Below are positions 1 to 18,628 of a stretch of DNA of 64,000 bases, piece after piece. The stretch lies in assembly GCF_009914755.1 (NCBI RefSeq), contig NC_060944.1, one strand, 5' to 3'. Each line of letters starts with the position of its first letter. The stretch's first letter is position 1. A program made the position numbers and the translations under genes. The notes under the pieces were generated by a model that saw only the letters and a program-made list of their open reading frames with translations, ran no database searches and was not told where the DNA came from. Source of the stretch: the human T2T-CHM13v2.0 reference genome, Homo sapiens.

Positions 1-341
1 AAGATGTTCCTGAATAGTCTGCTGACCGCAATTCTAGCATTCTCTCCTAAAAGATATAGAGAAGATGGTAGAAGAAGATGGGAGGAGATGGATCTCCAAT
101 CCAGTGTCTCCCCGTATTCATCATTTGTGTACCACCTTCACAATTTCTGCCAAATCTAAGGAGTCAATGTTTTACTTAATACGCATATAGGTAAAACAAT
201 TTAACTCATGTCCTTTCCTTTATACAAATGTATTTTCACAGGAAACTTTATATATTACTATTATGAATGGAGAACTTGGTATTCATTATTAAACAGCAGG
301 TAATGGCACAAATTAATTTCCAGAAAAGAAAAAAAATTCTA

Positions 342-616
342 GGCCAGATATGGTGGCTCATGCCTGTAATCCCAGCCCTTTTCTGGGAGGCTGAGGTGGG
401 AGGACCGTGTGAGCCCAGGAGTTCAAGACCAGCCTGGGCAACAGAGTGAGATCCCATCTCTACAACAATGACAAGTTAGCCAGCCATGGTGGCACACATC
501 TGTAGTCCCAGTTGCTTGGGAGACGAGATGAGAGAATCCCTTGACCTCAGGAGTTGGAGGTTGCAGTGAGCTGAGACTCCGTCTCAAAATAATAATAAAT
601 AAATAAATAAAATAAA
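342..616 (+). mobile_element. AluJ, right-arm internal deletion
   Basis: Alu consensus; TSD aaaattctagg. Confidence 0.9.
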
Positions 617-771
617 ATTCTAGGGAAGCAGTCTAATCTGCTAAAGGCTGTGCAGCTGGGGCTTGCTGTCTGTTCAACAAGGGAAATTAGTTAAGTGTGG
701 AGAGGTGATAAAGATCTATTAGCACCAAACAGAGACTTTCTCCTTAATGTAATCCGAAAGATTGAAGATGA

Positions 772-1085
<314 letters not shown>

Positions 1086-1096
1086 TATTTATTGTT

Positions 1097-1326
1097 ATTT
1101 TATTTATTTTTATTTTTTTGAGACAAGGTCTTGCTCTCCTGCCTCAGCCTCCCAAGAAACTGGGATTACAGGTGCGCACCACCATGCCCGGCTAATTTTT
1201 GTATTTTAATAGAGATGAGGTTTCACCATTTGCTGAGACTGGTCTCAAACTCCTGGACTCAACCGATCCTCCTACCTCAGCCTCCCAAAGTGCTGGGATT
1301 ACAGGCATGAGCAACCACACCAGGCC
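1097..1326 (-). mobile_element. Alu (J/S) with internal deletion
   Basis: Alu consensus lacking ~70 bp. Confidence 0.88.
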
Positions 1327-1832
1327 TTATAGCATTATTTAATGCCACATCCATGCACCATCTAAATTATCTAGCTTATGGACAATAATAATCTTCAGAC
1401 CACACCTTGCAGCCATTCCTCACTTTGGGGAAACTGGCACTGCCAGAGTTTCTCAAAGCATTTTCCATAGTGATTTGATAGGCATTAAACTGATCTCCTA
1501 ATCCAAGACTTTTTTCAATCCTTATGCACTGAATGAAGAACAGTTTCACTTTTTTAGGACCAAAGATTGTTTACCAATAACTTACCTAATATTAAAATAT
1601 GGTTTTAATGCCCATTTGCTTTAGGGCAAATAGGAGGGTTATAAAACCTCACTGGATGGATCCAAGAGGAGAAAAAAAAAGATTGGCTTTAAGGGAAAAA
1701 CAAGAATGCCTAATTAGCTTTTTGTTTTGTTTGGGTGACATCACATGTATCATTAGGCTTAGAAAGTTCATTTGCCACCTTATTTGTATGAGTTTTTGAG
1801 TTCCTTCCATATCTATTTTCCTGTATTGGGGC

Positions 1833-2137
1833 TTTTTTTTTTTTTTTTTTTTTTTTTTGAGACGGAGTCTCACTCTGTGGCCCAGGTTGGAGTGCAGTGG
1901 CATGATCTCGGCTCACTGCAACCTCTGCCTTCAGGTTCAAGCGATTCTCCTGCCTCAGCCTCCCAAGTAGCTGGGACTACAGGTGCGTGCCACTATGCCC
2001 AGCTAATTTTTGTATTTTTTAGTAGAGACAGGTTTCACCATATTGGACAGTCTGGTCTTGAACTCCTGAACTCGTGATCTGCCCGCCTCGGCCTCCCAAA
2101 GTGCTGGGATTACAGGTGTAGGCCACCGCGCCCGGCC
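1833..2137 (-). mobile_element. AluS
   Basis: Full Alu; TSD ttggggctttt. Confidence 0.93.
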
Positions 2138-2859
2138 GCGTTGGGGCTTTTAGAATTGAATTTACTGTCTGTGAGAGTTCTCTTCTATTTCAATTTTAGG
2201 GCTAAAGAATGTGGTTTTTTTTCCCTCCAGGCAAATGAGATTAAATAAATATTTAAATTTTGTGTGAAGTTTATTTAACATTTTCCACTCTTTGCTATTG
2301 CTTAAGTGCAAAGTTTTGTCTTTTTTTAAACATTATAATTGCTACTTAGAATTCTAAGCTGTAATTTTGCTGTTATGTAAATTACACAACTTCAGTAGTA
2401 AAACCAAGCAAATAGTATTTATTCCTTCCTCTGCCTTGGAAACTGATTCCTTCTGAAAATAATTGCAGAAACTAATGAAAGCAAGATCCAGTTCCTGCCT
2501 AGATTTGGCTGGTCTGATTTTAAGCCACTCCCCACAGGAAATAACAGATAAAATGATGCAATACTAGCTAGCATTCCTGGCTGTTTCTGACAATCCAGGA
2601 GCTATGTGACTAATATATCAAGTGAAAAAAATATTTCCTTGATTAAAGTCATAATAACATATTATGTGTAATAACACAGGGAGTATAGATGACTCAGATT
2701 CCAGGAATAATAGAAATTGGTGGCTCAGCAACTTAAAGCAGCTAGAAAGGATTGTTATGCCACATGGGGGTTGGAGAAGGGCTTGCCAATTGCACACTGA
2801 AGTTAAACAAAAGCCTAACTTAATTTTTATTCCTGGTTAAAAAAAAGTCTATTATGTAC

Positions 2860-3500
<641 letters not shown>

Positions 3501-3579
3501 TCAGCCCTGCTGAGAATTCAATTCCATGGAAGAAAGAGACAGGATCTTGACAACTAGAACTTTCATTAAAAAAAAAACA

Positions 3580-4522
<943 letters not shown>

Positions 4523-4638
4523 GATAACTAGAACTGTCTACCAAAACATAATTGCCTTTCTGGGCTTAGCCCAGAGTTTCATGTAGATAAAATATTCATT
4601 AATTCATTTAGTCATTCAATTGCTTAATTCAATAAATA

Positions 4639-4931
4639 TTTATTTATTTTTGAGACAGAGTCTCGCTCTGTCGCCCAGGCTGGAGTGCAGTAGCATGATC
4701 TTGGCTCACTGCAACCTCCGCCTCCCGGGTTCAAGCAATTCTCCTGCCTCAGCCTCCTGAGAAGCTGGGACTACAGGTGCACCACTGCACCTGGCTAATT
4801 TTTGTATTTGTAGTAGAGATGGTGTTGTGCCATGTTAGCCAGGCGGGTCTTAACCTCCTGACCTCAGGTGATCCACCCACCTCAGCCTCCCAAAGTGCTG
4901 CGATTACAGGTGTGAGCCACTGCGCCCGGCC
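4639..4931 (-). mobile_element. AluSx
   Basis: TSD aataaatatttatt. Confidence 0.93.
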
Positions 4932-5084
4932 AATAAATATTTATTGAGTACCTAGTATGTGCCAGGCACTGTTCTATGGGCTGAGATATACTGGTAAATA
5001 AAACAAAGTCCCCTGTCCTCTTGGGGCTTACATCCTAGCAGGAAGGGAAAAACAATAAATAATAAATATAAGTAGTTACATTAC

Positions 5085-5619
5085 TGCTGTGGACTAAATG
5101 TTTGTGCCCCTCCAAAATCATATGCTGAAATTCTAACCCCCAGTGTGATGGAATTAGGAGGTGGGCCCTTTGAGAGGTGATTACATCATGAGGGTGGAGG
5201 CCTCATGAATGGAATGAGGGCCCTTATTAGAAGAGACACAAGAGCTTGCTCTTGCTTTCTGCTCTCTGCTATGTGAAGATACTAGAAGGTGGCCAGCTAT
5301 GAACCAGGAAGTGGGTCCTCAGTAGACACTGGATTTGGCAGTGCCTTCATCTTGGACTTCTCAGCCTTCAGAGCTGTGACAGATAAATTCTTGTTTTTTA
5401 AGCCACCCAGAGGCCATGCCAGAGGCTCATGCTTGTAATTCTAGCACTTTGGGAGGCTGAGGCAGGAGGATTGCTTCACCCCAGGAGGTTGAGGCTGCAA
5501 TGAGCCAGGATCATGTTACTGTACTCCAGCCTGGTAACAGAGTGAGATCCTGTCTATTAAATAAATAAAGCCACCCAATCTATGGTAATTTGTTATAGCA
5601 GGCTGAATAAGCTAAAACA
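5085..5619 (+). mobile_element. MLT1A-type MaLR solo LTR
   Basis: TG...CA ends, 5-bp TSD attac, MLT1A consensus similarity. Confidence 0.85.
5412..5568 (+). mobile_element. Monomer-length Alu (left-arm start, right-arm end)
   Basis: TSD aagccaccca within MLT1A. Confidence 0.85.
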
Positions 5620-5667
5620 ATTACATAGTGTATTAGAAAGAATAAGTTAATAGATACAATAAATTAT

Positions 5668-5668
<1 letters not shown>

Positions 5669-5701
<33 letters not shown>

Positions 5702-5973
5702 AGACAGAGTCTTACTCTGTCACCCAGGCTGGAGTACAGTGGCACGATCTTGGCTCACTGCAACCTCCGCCTTAGCAATTCTCCTGCCTTAGCCTCTGAA
5801 GTAGCTGGGACTACAGGTGCGCGCCACCACACCGAGCTAATTTTTGTATTTTTAGTAGAGATGGGGTTTTGCCATGTTGGCCAGGCTGGTTTCAAACTCC
5901 TGACTTTAGGTGATCCACCTGCCTCGGCCTCCCAAAATACTGGGATTACAGGCATGAGCCACTGCGTCTGGCT
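5669..5973 (-). mobile_element. AluSx
   Basis: TSD gatacaataaattat. Confidence 0.93.
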
Positions 5974-6574
5974 GATACAATAAATTATCACAGTAAAAAA
6001 GAAAAATGAGGAAAGGGATGTGGAAGTGAAGGGAGGTGGTGGTAACTTTACATATGTGGTCAGGGGTTGTCCTCATTGAGAAGGTGACAATTGTGCAGAC
6101 TCAAACAAAGTGAGGGAGTGAGGTCTGCAGAACTCCAGGGGATGAGGCTTCCGGGCAGAGGGAACAGCCAGAGCGACGGGCAAAGGTGGGAGCAGGACTG
6201 ATGTGGGGAAAGAGGCAGGGAGACCAGAGCTGGCTGGAGCAGAATGAATATTGACGGGAGTAGAGGAAGCTGGGAATATTGAGGGGAGTAGGGGAAGTCA
6301 GAGGAAGCTGGTTCCTCTAGGGTGGGCTCTTATGGCTAGTAAGGACTTTGGCTCTTACTTTGTGTGAAAATGGGAGCTATTGCAGTGTTTGGAGTTGTAG
6401 AATTCTAAATGCATAGTGTTTATAAATAAATAGTCATTTCTCTATTGGAGAGAGGGCTAAACATTTAATAACTGCTGGGGTGCATCACTTTAAAAGTTTG
6501 AAGACCGCTAGCTGGACCTATTTTCTGCATCTATGTAACAACAGCTGAGAAATAATGCCATTCTACTTCACTAA

Positions 6575-6880
6575 CTTTTCTTTCTTTTTTTTTTTTTTTG
6601 AGACAGAGTCTCACTTTGTCATCCAGGGTAGAGTGCGGTGGCATGATCTCAGCTCACTGCAACCTCCGCTTCCTAGATTGAGGCAATTCTCCTGCCTCAG
6701 ACTCTCGAGTAGCTGGGATTACAGGTGCCCACCACCACACACGGCTAATTTTTGTATTTTTAGTAGAGACGGGGTTTCACCATGTTGGCCAGGCCGGTTT
6801 CAAACTCCTGACCTTAGATGATTCGCCCGCCTCGGCCTCCTAAAGTGCTGGGATTACAGGCATGAGCCACTGCGCCCAGT
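6575..6880 (-). mobile_element. AluS
   Basis: TSD ctaactttt. Confidence 0.92.
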
Positions 6881-6989
6881 ACTAACTTTTATTTCTGATC
6901 AAAATTTCATTTATGAGCTATATTGGACAACCCTGGGTGGCCATAATTATTACATTCATTTACATGTAGTGGGAGATCAGTGTGGCCCA

Positions 6990-7190
6990 GTACTCTTCTA
7001 AGTCCTTTGTTCAGAAGAGCCTGTTGAATCCTCACAACCACTCTATTATTATTACCCATTTTATAGATGAGGAAACAGAGAGGTGAAGTTACTTGCCCAA
7101 GGTCACACAGCTAGCAAGGGGTGAAGCTGGAGCTGAACCCCAGGCTTGTGTGTAGCCCACGCTCTTCACACTATGCCAAACTGCCTCTGA
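6990..7190 (-). mobile_element. MIR
   Basis: cccattttatagatgaggaaac..cttgcccaaggtcacacagctag core. Confidence 0.8.
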
Positions 7191-7265
7191 GATGATTCAG
7201 AGGCTTGGTGTATCCCATAAACCAAATGAACCAAGAAATGTATTCAACAGTGGCACCCTATTTAA

Positions 7266-7669
<404 letters not shown>

Positions 7670-7899
7670 TGATCCAACATCTGAGAGTCTGTGTGTAGGA
7701 CTGGACATGTCCTTGAGGATCATGATGATGGCCTCATGTTACCTGGTGTTCCTGGCAGAATGGCCTCATTCAAGTCCAGCTTCCTGGGTCTTCCTCTGTC
7801 CTTCATGCTGTCCTTCTTATAGCTTGCTACTTAAAATCACTACTAATATCATGTCCAACTGAAATACAGTAGAGAATAAAGAATACAGGCAAGCCTTGG

Positions 7900-8085
7900 C
7901 TCAGGGAAGACTTGGGTTTGAATTTTGGCCCTGGTGCTTCATAGCTGTGTGACCTTGGGCAGGCCATCTAACCTCTGAGCCTTAGGTCCCTCAGTGTGGA
8001 TCTTACCTCAGAGGTTCTGGGGAGGATTAATTAAGATCATGCATGTGAAAAGCACATAATAGAAGCTCCACAGATGTTTCCTATT
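7900..8085 (+). mobile_element. MIR
   Basis: agctgtgtgaccttgggcag core. Confidence 0.75.
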
Positions 8086-8689
8086 GTCACTTTTAAACCT
8101 ATGTAACCCTTGTACTATTTTCCTGTAAAACCTGAATATAACTGTTCAGAAAAGCAGAAAACTCAAATTATAATCCAGAAATATTTGTACTTCAATAACT
8201 TGAGATGCTCCTGCCCTCCCCCGCTCTAGCAGTCAGTTCTGCTATAACCTTTATTGTGAAAACACAGATTTGTTCCAATTGACTGGTATATTAGGGAGCA
8301 ATAGCATCTATGAACATAACATACATTTTGCATTTGCTTATGTGCAAGTTCATTTGCAGGAAACACTAGCTGAATACTGAAAACTGCACCCAGGTAAACA
8401 GAATCACATAGGTATACACAAAATGCACACACCTATACATCTCCAGGGACTTGGCTCACCACGTGTTAGGAGCCACACTCATCTATACCTGGCCTGTCTC
8501 ATTTCAGATAATCCTCAATTGCTTCACGATGGCCCACAGGCTGCAATTTTTTTAGAATCATATTTCCACAAGCAAACTTGAGGACTTTTTAAAAGTAAAG
8601 TGCCATTAATCTTAGCGTTTATATACTTTTGAGGAATTTAATATGTGTAAAACTGTGCTAAAATTTTTATTGTGTGTGTGTGTGTGTGT

Positions 8690-8961
8690 ATTTTGAGACA
8701 GGGTCTTGCTCTGTCACCCAGGCTGACATGCAATGGTGCAATCATGGCTCACTGCAGCCTTGACCTCTCACACTCAAGCAGTCCTCACACCTTAGCCTCT
8801 CAAGTAGCTGGGATCACAGTCACATATTTGTATTTTTAGTAGAGACAGGGTTTCACCATGTTGCCCAGGCTGGTCTCCGACTGCTGAGCTCAAACAATTT
8901 GTTCGCCTTGGCCTCCCAAAGTGCTGGGATTACAGGTGTGAGCCACCCACCGTGCCTGGCC
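8690..8961 (-). mobile_element. AluJ with (TG)n-derived tail
   Basis: Alu consensus. Confidence 0.88.
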
Positions 8962-9142
8962 ATGATTTTTGTTAAGTTCTCATCTTTTAAAAAATGTGTC
9001 ACTGATGAGGTTTTTGAGTGTAGGCCACTACCCCTATTTTTCCATAAGCCCTGTGGTTTTTACTGTACAATGTTCTTTGCACAGTGATTTTTAGGAATGC
9101 ATGTGTCATCTTATAGAACTGACTGTGCTACGAAGTGAATTA

Positions 9143-9655
<513 letters not shown>

Positions 9656-10179
9656 CTATCATGTAGGAAGGAGAGGTCTCCCATGGTCTCACCCCAAGCA
9701 TCCATTTGCCTATCTATCTGGTAAATATCCATTGAGAATTCTTCCTATGCTGGGCTCTGGGCTAACCAGAGGATTCAACCGAGGAAACAAGCAAACAACA
9801 GGCACAGAAGCTGTTCTCAAGGAGCCAACAGTATAGTAAGAGTGAAAGGTATTAAAGAGTCTCACAAGGCAATATAAAATTATATGATGTACTAAGTGCT
9901 TTGTGGAAAATGTGCAACTTGCACTGAGATGCTACCATGGGAGACGAAGGGGATGTGTTTGTGTGTGACGTGTCTGACCACGCCTCCCTAAACTGATGCT
10001 ACTGAGAGGGACCACTGGCAAAAGCATAATGCATATTCATCCTGTTTGATTTTTCTGCAATGTACACACTAATGTTTGTTCTTTTCCAATAACAGAATCA
10101 TGTTTATTAATTTGTGTAACACTCACCTGTTTTTGCCTAACAAATTACCCAAGGCAGCTTTCCAAGGCCAAACAGCACA

Positions 10180-10420
10180 GTAGGTAAGATCCTGGCCTCT
10201 GGATTCAGATGAGCCTGGGTTCAAATCCTGACTCTGCCTTTCACTAGCTGTGTGATCCTGGGCAAGGTCCCTTACTCTGTCTGCCTTAATTTCTTCGTCT
10301 GCAAATAGGAATGACAGAAGAGTCTCTACCCCTTTCAAAGTGCTGTAAAAAGATTAAAAGGAGATGATAAATGTAAAATTCTCAGCACTTAGCATATGTT
10401 AGATACTATTTTAATAGTTG
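10180..10420 (+). mobile_element. MIR
   Basis: ctgggttcaaatcctgactctgcc..ctgtgtgatcctgggcaag. Confidence 0.8.
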
Positions 10421-10442
10421 TGTGGTATTTGCTTGTTTAAAT

Positions 10443-10664
10443 CAGTTTCTCGGTGTCTGCAGTACTGACATTTTGAATCAGATAATTCTTTGTGGTTGGG
10501 GCTGTTCTGAGCAAAGGACGCTTAGCAGCATCCCTGCTCTGTACACATTGGATGCCAGCGGCGTCACCCCAACTTGCGACAACAAAAAATGTCTCCAGAC
10601 ATTAAAAATGTCCTAGGGGGTGGAGTGGAGGGAGGCAAAAATTGTCCTTGGTTGAGAACCACTG
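10443..10664 (-). mobile_element. MER20 (hAT-Charlie)
   Basis: aaaaatgtctccagacatt..ggttgagaaccactg. Confidence 0.85.
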
Positions 10665-10696
10665 CTTTAAATGTACACATTTTAAATATATACATC

Positions 10697-10993
<297 letters not shown>

Positions 10994-11027
10994 TACACAC
11001 ATATCCATAATATAAAACATGTAATAT

Positions 11028-11332
<305 letters not shown>

Positions 11333-11465
11333 TTATATATTTAAATATAATAAAGTGTTATTTATTAAATATAAACAAATACTGTGTTTATGGTGAAGGC
11401 ATTAAAATATGCTGTTTTGGCATTTTGACTATTTCTATTTACTTACACACACACACACATATATA

Positions 11466-11749
11466 TTTTTAAGATGGAGTCTTGTTCTGTTGCTCAGGCT
11501 GGAGTGCAGTGGCATCATCTCGGCTCACCGCAATCTCTGCCTCCTGGGTTCAAGCATTCTCCTGCCTCAGCCTCCCGAGTAGCTGGGACTACAGGCGCGT
11601 GCCACCATGCCTAGCTAGTTTTTGTATTTTTAGTAGAGACGGGGTTTCACTATGTTGGCCAGGCTGGTCTTGAACTCCTGACCTCGTGATCTGCTGGCCT
11701 TAGCCTCCCAAAGTGCTGGGATTATAGGCGTGAGCCACTGTGCCCAGCC
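11466..11749 (-). mobile_element. AluS
   Basis: Full Alu; TSD actattt. Confidence 0.92.
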
Positions 11750-11758
11750 AACTATTTA

Positions 11759-12260
<502 letters not shown>

Positions 12261-12507
12261 TATTATACTGTATCCTAACTGTACCTTTTCTACGTTTAGA
12301 TAGGTTTGAAGGCACAAATACTACTGTGTCACTACTGCCTATGGTATTCAGAACAGGCACATGCTGTGCAGGTTTGTAGCCTAGGAACAATAGGCCATAT
12401 TCTCTAGCCTGAGTTTGCCGTAGGCTACACCATCTAGGTTTGTGTAAGTACAATCTAAAATGTTCCCACAACAGTGAAATCGCCAAATGACACATTTCTC
12501 AGAACAG
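12261..12507. mobile_element. Tigger3/MER7 fragment (TcMar)
   Basis: caggtttgtagcctaggaacaataggc..ctaggtttgtgtaagtac..atttctcagaac. Confidence 0.75.
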
Positions 12508-12741
12508 AAATATTATTCCTTTTTAAGGAAAACATAATGAGGACAGTCAAAAAAATTGAAGAGAAACAAAAAGCCATGTATGTGGGAAGGAGAAATCTAA
12601 GTAAACAAAAGGCAGTCTCAAACATAAGTAAAAGTGATGTGGTTTCTAATTTCCACCAAAGCAAAATGCGGACCAGATGGGGTTGGGGGTGAGCCGGCCG
12701 CATAGAGGAATGCAGTTTGCTTTGGGGAAAGAAGCTATTTT

Positions 12742-12812
12742 TTGTGTTTGTGTGTGTTTCTGTGTGGGTGTCTGTGGGGGTATTTGTGTCTGTGTGTGTG
12801 TCTGTGTGTCTA
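12742..12812. repeat. Degenerate (TG)n-rich repeat
   Basis: Visible tgtg/tctg run. Confidence 0.7.
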
Positions 12813-13369
12813 TCTCATTTCAGTCAATTGACTGAAATGTCGTTATGCAGCACATCACTGTCAATGTTCGTGTATCTTTTACGTTTCAGTTTTTATATCT
12901 TATATAATGTATTACACTTATATGTGAATATTTTATCTTATCCATTGTAGGGAGAGTCTATGTGTGTGTGTTTGTGCGTGTGAGCAACAGAGGTTGGGGA
13001 AGGAGGAAATGTGGCCAAAACGATTTTGTGGTCAATGACCCTTTGGTAAAGGCACACACAGGCATGTTTAGAAACACTTATGGGAAGAAAACTATCCCCG
13101 CAGGTACACACCCACTTTCAGATCATATAAATCTCACTTTTCCCCTTACACAAAAGATGCAGGAAGCACTTAAGGAGGGTGTCTACCCAGCCTGAACAAT
13201 GAGTCTTTTCCTCCCCTTGTTCCCCATCTGAGTTTCTATTCCCAGGGGCAGAGTCTGGGGCTGGGAAGGGCTGCTTGTCAGGGAGCCTGAGGGTGAAAGC
13301 AAAGAGGCTTTGGTCTGTCCTGTTGAAGGAGTCACAGACAGTGGGGGATGCTGATGGACATCAGTGATA

Positions 13370-13585
13370 ACAGCTGGCACCTACCATGCCCTGTCCTAAG
13401 CATACCACATCAACTGGCTCCTTTCACCCTCAGAGAAAGCCCAGGAAGACAATATAATTATGCCTATTTTACAGGTGAGGAAACTGAGGCACCGAAAGGA
13501 GAAATCACAGGTTCCACAGCTTGCAAGGGACACAGTTGAGATTTGAACCTAGTCAGCTGCCTCCGGAGTCCAAGCTTTACCCTAG
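13370..13585 (-). mobile_element. MIR
   Basis: attttacaggtgaggaaactgaggcac. Confidence 0.75.
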
Positions 13586-13587
13586 AC

Positions 13588-14282
13588 CAGTGGATCTCAG
13601 GGGTGGTAGAGGGTGTGTGGGTATTTTGACCCCTAGAGCAGCAGTCCCCAATGTTTTTGGCACCAGGGACTGGTTTTGTGAAAGACGGTTTTTCCACAGA
13701 CTGGGGTTGGGGGGGCGGGAGGATCGTTTCAAGGTGATTTAAGCACATTGCATTTATTGTGCATTTTATTTCTATGATTATTACATTGTGATATATAATG
13801 AAATAATTATACAACTCACTATAATTTAGAATCAGTGGGAGCCCTGAGCTTGTTTTCCTGCAATGTGATGGTCCCATCTGGGGGTGATGGGAGACAGTGA
13901 CAGATCTTCAGGCATTAGATTCTCATAAGTGGTGTGCATCCTAGATCCCCTGCATGTGCAGTTCACAATAGGGTTTGTGCTCCTATGAGAATCTAATGCC
14001 CGCAGTTAATACAGATGAATCTTTGCTCACTTGCCTGCCGCTCACCTCCTGCTGTGTGGCCTGGTTCCTACTGGTCTGTGGCCCGGGGTTGGGGACGCCT
14101 GCGCTGGAGGACGTATGGCAATGTTTGGAGTCATTTTTAGTTGTCACGATTGGAGGATGCTGCTAGGATCTAGCAGGTAGAAGCTGAGATGCTACTAAAC
14201 ACATCATACAAGACGCACGACAGCTCTCTCCCCACCAAATCATCCACTGCAAGTGTCAACAGTGCTGCTGTTAAAAACTCTG
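13588..14282 (+). mobile_element. MER20 split by MER1A
   Basis: cagtgg..ctca start; ggcaatgtttggag..tttagttgtcac continuation after the insert. Confidence 0.7.
13639..14101 (-). mobile_element. MER1A (hAT-Charlie)
   Basis: TIRs cagcagtcccc / ggggacgcctg; degenerate 8-bp TSD ccctagag/cgctggag. Confidence 0.88.
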
Positions 14283-14582
14283 TCCTATTTTAGGAAAAGA
14301 CTACTTTTCTTCTAGAACTCTAAAAAATTATTTTGTTTGCTCTCTAAATTACAAATCATACATGCTCATTGGAAACATAGAAACAATTAGATGTTTATAA
14401 AGGAAGACCTGAAAGATTCTCTCCCTAGTTCCGCGCCCTGCGGCAAACACTTATCAACAGTGTGGCATATTCTGCTGCAGCCTTTTCTATTACAGACCTT
14501 TGTTACATTGTCAGTCTATCTACTTACATCTTTATCTCTTTTTCTCCCCTTTTCAAAAATAGAAGCCTACACATATTTTCCT

Positions 14583-15230
14583 TTTTTTTTTTTTTTTTTT
14601 TTGAGACAGGTTCTTGCTTTGTCACCCAGGCTGGAGTGCAGTGGCAGATGTATTAGCCTGTTCTCACGCTGCTAATAAAATCATACCTGGGTAATTTATA
14701 AAGGAAAGAGGTTTAGTGGACTCACAGTTCCATGTGGCTGGGCAGGCCTCACAATCATGGCAGAAGGCAAAGGAGAAGCAAAGGCACATCATACATGGTG
14801 GCAGGAAAGAGAGCTTGTGTATGGGAACTCCCATTTATAAAACCATGAGATCTCGTGAGACTTATTCACTATCATGAGAACAGTATGGGGGAAATCGCTG
14901 ATTCAGTTATCTCCACCTGGCCCTGCTTTTGACACGTGGGGATTGTTACAATTCAAGGTGAGATCTGGGGACACAGCCAAACCATATCACACAATCATGG
15001 CTCACTGCAGCCTTGAACTCCTGGGCTTAAGTGATCCTCCCACCTCAGCCTCCCAGGTAGCTAGGACTACAGGCACACACCATCATGCCCGGCTAATGTT
15101 TTGTATTTTTTGTAGAGACAGGATCTCACTATGTTGCCCAGGCTGGTCTTGAATTCCTGGACTCAAGCAATCCTCCCATCTAGGCCTCCCAAAGTGTTGA
15201 GATTACAGGCATGAGCCACTGTGCCTGGTC
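14583..15230 (-). mobile_element. AluJ split by THE1 LTR
   Basis: Alu reads contiguously across 14648/14990. Confidence 0.9.
14649..14989 (-). mobile_element. THE1 (MaLR) solo LTR
   Basis: tgtattag...gacacagccaaaccatatca termini. Confidence 0.9.
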
Positions 15231-15249
15231 CACATCTTCTTTCACATCT

Positions 15250-16205
<956 letters not shown>

Positions 16206-16266
16206 TTATTATAATCAACAAATGGATAAATGAAAGAACAATGAATGTATCATATATATCCGTTGA

Positions 16267-16635
<369 letters not shown>

Positions 16636-17035
16636 ATTTTACTATTTTCAAGTTGATGAAAACATAAGTTGTCGTATTTTTTCCTTTTGTGGGGGACAAA
16701 TGGGAGTGATTTTATGAATCATGCCACAATGAGCATCTTATACACATATTTATACACTTGTGCAGGAATTTCTGTAGGCTAGATTCCCAGAAGCAGAATT
16801 GTGGATCAAATGTAAACTTTTTATCAGAGTTGCTACAAATTTGAGTTCCAAAAGTAGAATGCCCTTTTCTTGTCTTTCCTCATCAACACTGGATAATTAG
16901 AACTAACATTAATTAACACTATGTTCTAAGCCCTTTACATGTGTTAATCTAATTAATTCTTAGATAAATCAGAAAATGATAATAGTAAGTGATTATAGGA
17001 AATGATTATATAGGACATGCTGAACACTGTCCTAA

Positions 17036-17344
<309 letters not shown>

Positions 17345-17645
17345 TAAGTGTTTTATGTACATCATCTCACTTAGTCCTTGTAAAAATCCTCTGGGGTGGA
17401 TATTATTATTATTATTATCATTTTACAGATGAGAAACTCAAGCATGAAACCTTAGGTCTAGTAATTTCTCCAGGATCCGACAGCCAAGAAGTGGGACAGG
17501 CCAGGTTGGATCAGAAAGTCCGGTTATAGAATCCTTACTGTAAACCACGCTTCTATCTTCCTTCTCCATGGGTAAGAGCAATGATTGTCTCCATTTTACA
17601 GAGAGGAAAACTGAGGTACAAAGAAGCTAGGAAACTTGGCCAAAA
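17345..17645 (-). mobile_element. MIR fragments (two cores)
   Basis: cattttacagatgagaaact and ccattttacagagaggaaaactgagg. Confidence 0.7.
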
Positions 17646-17829
17646 ATATTATCAATCTTTTTAATTGGTGCAAATGTGATGGGTGAGAAATGGTATCTTA
17701 TGGTTCTACTCTCTAAAGATATCTCTTATTCTTTTCTTCTTTGAATTTGAAAACAATTTAATTCCTTATTTGGATAAAGTAAATTTCTCAACTGATAAAA
17801 TATGTATCCTGTTTAAATATAAGTGTCTG

Positions 17830-18206
<377 letters not shown>

Positions 18207-18253
18207 TCATTAAAATAAATTCAGATTTCTTTTTACTCCTAAAATGCCTCTTA

Positions 18254-18562
<309 letters not shown>

Positions 18563-18628
18563 GCCTCTTAATATCATTTTTTAATTTTGTTGAGATTCAT
18601 AGGCGCGAGCCACTGTGCCTGGCCCATA

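Larger units (their letters stand above)
4590..6400 (-). mobile_element. L2 fragment interrupted by Alus and MLT1A
   Basis: (attc)n tail, aaatatttattgagtacc..tgtgccaggcactg. Confidence 0.7.
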
